Below are positions 59,701 to 64,000 of a stretch of 64,000 nt of DNA, one piece after another; positions within the stretch are counted from its first letter, which is position 1, and the number at the start of each line of letters is the position of its first letter. A program made the translations under genes and the position numbers. Under the pieces are notes generated by a model that was not told the DNA's origin, ran no database searches, and saw only the letters and a program-made list of their open reading frames with translations. Origin of the DNA: Eledone cirrhosa (Eukaryota); contig OZ024757.1 in NCBI GenBank assembly GCA_964016885.1, forward strand, positions 4,464,001 to 4,528,000, written 5' to 3'.

Positions 59701-62700
59701 AGAGAAAAGAGAGATAGGACCTCCTTCACTAGGTGAGAGAGAGAGAGATAGGACCTTCTTCACTAGGTGAGAGAGAGAGAGATAGGACCTCCTTCACTAG
59801 GTGAGAGAGAGAGAGATAGGACCTCCTTCACTAGGTGTGAGAGAGAGAGATAGGACCTCCTTCACTAGGTGAGAGAGAGAGAGAGAGAGATAGGATCTCC
59901 TTCACTAGGTGAGAGAGAGAGAGAGATAGGACCTCCTTCACTAGTTGAGAGAGAGATAGGACCTCCTTCACTAGGTGAGAGAGAGAGATAGGACCTCCTT
60001 CACTAGGTGTGAGAGAGAGAGATAGGACCTCCTTCACTAGGTGAGAGAGAAAAGAGAGATAGGACCTCCTTCACTAGGTGAGAGAGAGAGAGATAGGACC
60101 TTCTTCACTAGGTGAGAGAGAGAGAGATAGGACCTCCTTCACTAGGTGAGAGGGAGAGAGAGATAGGACCTCCCTCACTAGGTCAGAGAGAGAGATAGGA
60201 CCTCCTTCACTAGGTGAGAGAGACAGATAGGACCTCCTTCACTAGGTGTGAGAGAGAGAGATAGGATCTCCTTCACTAGGTGTGAGAGATAGAGATAGGA
60301 CCTCCTTCACTAGGTGAGAGGGAGAGACAGATAAGACCTCCTTCACTAGGTGAGAGAGAGAGAGAAATAGGACCTCCTTCACAAGGTGAGAGAGAGAGAT
60401 AGGATCTCGTTAACTAGGTGTTAGAGAGAGATAGGACCTTCTTCACTAGGTGTGAGAGAGAGATAAGATCTCCTTCACTAGGTGAGAGGGAGAGAGAGAT
60501 AGGACCTCCTTCACTAGGTGAGAGAGAGAGATAGTACCTCCTTCACTAGGTGAGAGAGAGAGATATGATCTCCTTCACTAGGTGAGAGAGAGATATAGGA
60601 TCTCCTTCACTAGGTGAGAGAGAGAGAGAGAGAGAGAGATAGGACCTCCTTCACTAGGTGTGAGAGAGAGAGATAGGATCTCCTTCACTAGTTGAGAGAG
60701 AGAGAGATAGGATCTCCTTCACTAGTTGAGAGAGAGAGAGATAGGATCTCCTTCACTAGGTGTGTGAGAGAGATAGGATCTCCTTCACTAGTTGAGAGAG
60801 AGAGAGATAGGATCTCCTTCACTAGGTGTGTGAGAGAGATAGGATCTCCTTCATTAGGTGTGTGAGAGAGATAGGATCTCCTTCACTAGGTGTGTGAGAG
60901 ACATAGGATCTCCTTCACTAGGTGTGAGAGAGATAGGACCTCCTTCACTAGGTGTGTGAGAGAGAGATAGGATCTCCTTCACTAGGTGTGTGAGAGAGAG
61001 AGGATCTCCTTCACTAGTTGAGAGAGAGAGAGATAGGATCTCCTTCACTAGGTGTGTGAGAGAGATAGGATCTCCTTCACTAGGTGTGTGAGAGAGATAG
61101 GACCTCCTTCACTAGGTGAGAGAGAGAGAGATATAGGATCTCCTTCACTAGGTGAGAGAGAGAGAGATAGGACCTCCTTCACTAGGTGAGAGAGAGAGAG
61201 ATAGGATCTCCTTCACTAGTTGAGAGAGAGATAGGACCTCCTTCACTAGGTGAGAGAGAGAGATAGGACCTCCTTCACTAGTTGAGAGAGAGATAGGACC
61301 TCCTTCACTAGGTGAGAGAGAGAGAGAGATAGGACCTCCTTCACCAGGTGTGAGTGAGAGAGATAGGACCTCCTTCACTAGGTGAGGGAGAGAGAGATAG
61401 GACCTCCTTCACTAGGTGAGAGAGAGATAGGACCTCCTTCACTAGTTGAGCGAGAGAGAGAGATAGGACCTCCCTCACTAGGTGTGAGTGAGAGAGATAG
61501 GATCTCCTTCACTAGGTGAGAAAGAGAGAGATAGGACCTCCTTCACTAGGTGAGAGAGAGATAGGACCTCCTTCACTAGTTGAGAGAGAGAGAGAGATAG
61601 GACCTCCTTCACTAGATGTGAGTGAGAGAGATAGGATCTCCTTCACTAGGTGAGAGAGAGAGATAGGACCTCCTTCACTAGGTGAGAGAGAGAGAGATAG
61701 GACATCCTTCACTAGGTGTGAGAGAGAGAGATAGGACCTCCTTCACTAGGTGAGAGAGAGAGAGAGAGAGATAGGATCTCCTTCACTAGGTGAGAGAGAG
61801 AGAGAGATAGGACCCCCTTCACTAGTTGAGAGAGAGATAGGACCTCCTTCACTAGGTGAGAGAGAGATAGGACCTCCTTCACTAGGTGTGAGAGAGAGAG
61901 ATAGGACCTCCTTCACTAGGTGAGAGAGAAAAGAGAGATAGGACCTCCTTCACTAGGTGAGAGAGAGAGAGATAGGACCTTCTTCACTAGGTGAGAGAGA
62001 GAGAGATAGGACCTCCTTCACTAGGTGAGAGGGAGAGAGAGATAGGACCTCCTTCACTAGGTCAGAGAGAGAGATAGGACCTCCTTCACTAGGTGTGAGA
62101 GAGAGAGATAGTATCTCCTTCACTAGGTGAGAGAGAGAGAGAAAGGACCTTCTTCACTAGGTGAGAGAGAGAGAGATAGGACCTCCTTCACTAGGTGTGA
62201 GAGAGAGATAGGACCTCCTTCACTAGGTGAGAGAGAGAGATAGGACCTCCTTCACTAGGTGTGAGAGAGAGAGATAGGATCTCCTTCACTAGGTGTGAGA
62301 GATAGAGATAGGACCTCCTTCACTAGGTGAGAGGGAGAGACAGATAGGACCTCCTTCACTAGGTGAGAGAGAGAGAGAGATAGGACCTCCTTCACAAGGT
62401 GAGAGAGAGACATAGGACCTCGTTAACTAGGTGTTAGAGAGAGATAGGACCTTCTTCACTAGGTGTGAGAGAGAGATAGGATCTCCTTCACTAGGTGAGA
62501 GGGAGAGAGAGATAGGACCTCCTTCACTAGGTGAGAGAGAGAGATAGGACCTTCTTCACTAGGTGAGAGAGAGAGATATGATCTCCTTCACTAGGTGAGA
62601 GAGAGAGATAGGACCTCCTTCACTAGGTGTGAGAGAGAGAGATAGGATCTCCTTCACTAGTTGAGAGAGAGAGAGAGATAGGATCTCCTTCACTAGTTGA

Positions 62701-64000
62701 GAGAGCGAGAGATAGGATCTCCTTCACTAGTTGAGAGAGAGAGAGATAGGATCTCCTTCACTAGGTGTGTGAGAGAGATAGGATCTCCTTCATTAGGTGT
62801 GTGAGAGAGATAGGATCTCCTTCACTAGGTGTGTGAGAGACATAGGATCTCCTTCACTAGGTGTGAGAGAGATAGGACCTCCTTCACTAGGTGTGTGAGA
62901 GAGAGATAGGATCTCCTTCACTAGGTGTGTGAGAGAGATAGGATCTCCTTCACTAGTTGAGAGAGAGAGAGATAGGATCTCCTTCACTAGGTGTGTGAGA
63001 GAGATAGGATCTCCTTCACTAGGTGTGTGAGAGAGATAGGACCTCCTTCACTAGGTGAGAGAGAGAGAGATATAGGATCTCCTTCACTAGGTGAGAGAGA
63101 GAGAGATAGGACCTCCTTCACTAGGTGAGAGAGAGAGAGATAGGATCTCCTTCACTAGTTGAGAGAGAGATAGGACCTCCTTCACTAGGTGAGAGAGAGA
63201 GATAGGACCTCCTTCACTAGTTGAGAGAGAGATAGGACCTCCTTCACTAGGTGAGAGAGAGATAGGACCTCCTTCACCAGGTGTGAGTGAGAGAGATAGG
63301 ACCTCCTTCACTAGGTGAGGGAGAGAGAGATAGGACCTCCTTCACTAGGTGAGAGAGAGATAGGACCTCCTTCACTAGTTGAGCGAGAGAGAGAGATAGG
63401 ACCTCCTTCACTAGGTGTGAGTGAGAGAGATAGGATCTCCTTCACTAGGTGAGAAACAGAGAGATAGGACCTCCTTCACTAGGTGAGAGAGAGAGAGATA
63501 GGACCTCCTTCACTAGGTGTGAGAGAGAGAGATAGGACCTCCTTCACTAGGTGAGAGAGAGAGAGAGATAGGATCTCCTTCACTAGGTGAGAGAGAGAGA
63601 GAGAGAGATAGGACCTCCTTCACTAGTTGAGAGAGAGATAGGACCTCCTTCACTAGTTGAGAGAGAGATAGGACCTCCTTCACTAGGTGAGAGGGAGAGA
63701 GATAGGACCTCCTTCACTAGGTGAGAGAGAGAGAGAGATAGGACCTCCTTCACTAGGTGAGAGAGATATAGGACCTTCTTCACTAGGTGAGAGAGAGAGA
63801 GATAGGACCTCCTTCACTAGGTGAGAGGGAGAGAGAGATAGGACCTCCTTCACTAGGTGAGAGAGAGAGATATGACCTCCTTCACTAGGTGAGAGAGAGA
63901 GAGATAGGATCTCCTTCACTAGGTGAGAGAGAGAGAGATGGGACCTTCTTCACTAGGTGAGAGAGAGAGAGATAGGACCTCCTTCACTAGGTGAGAGAGA
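53745..64000. repeat. More than 10 kb of minisatellite, unit about 30-38 bp: TAGGA(C/T)CTCCTTCACTAG(G/T)TG(AG)n
   Basis: Direct reading. Continues past the window end. Rare variant units recur in blocks. Confidence 0.97.

Noticed and set aside
53745-64000. CRISPR-like look of a constant motif with variable intervening sequence, and many short ORFs
   Set aside because: The intervening parts are only (AG)n length variants, not unique spacers. The context is a eukaryotic intron with no cas genes, and the ORFs are repeat translations.

Overview
Eukaryotic, repeat-dominated animal DNA. The SINE, LINE and Penelope content suggests a coleoid cephalopod such as Octopus (inference, not checked). The only host gene I can support is the last four coding exons of RTN4IP1 (mitochondrial NADPH oxidoreductase) on the minus strand, 53723 to 43040, with in-phase GT-AG introns packed with satellites, an RTE LINE, a mariner relic and SINEs. 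Positions 1-41 kb are a nest of retroelements organised by microsatellites. (TTA/TAA)n tracts hold Tx1-clade LINEs on the TTA strand and R4/Dong-clade LINEs on the TAA strand. (TA)n tracts hold Penelope-like elements (two Naiad-like families), Gypsy 3' ends and a putative non-autonomous Helitron. The most notable observations are: (1) a family of four AT-rich type I hammerhead ribozymes with covarying stem II, two of them sense-oriented inside an RTN4IP1 intron, plus minimal hammerheads in Penelope terminal repeats; (2) repeated fold-back and inverted templated structures, including a perfect 220-bp palindrome and mirror-image flanks around both Naiad-like insertions; (3) a >10-kb minisatellite that reads as hundreds of 3' splice-site-like motifs directly upstream of a real acceptor. 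Family assignments come from recalled motifs, not database searches, and transposon boundaries are approximate.
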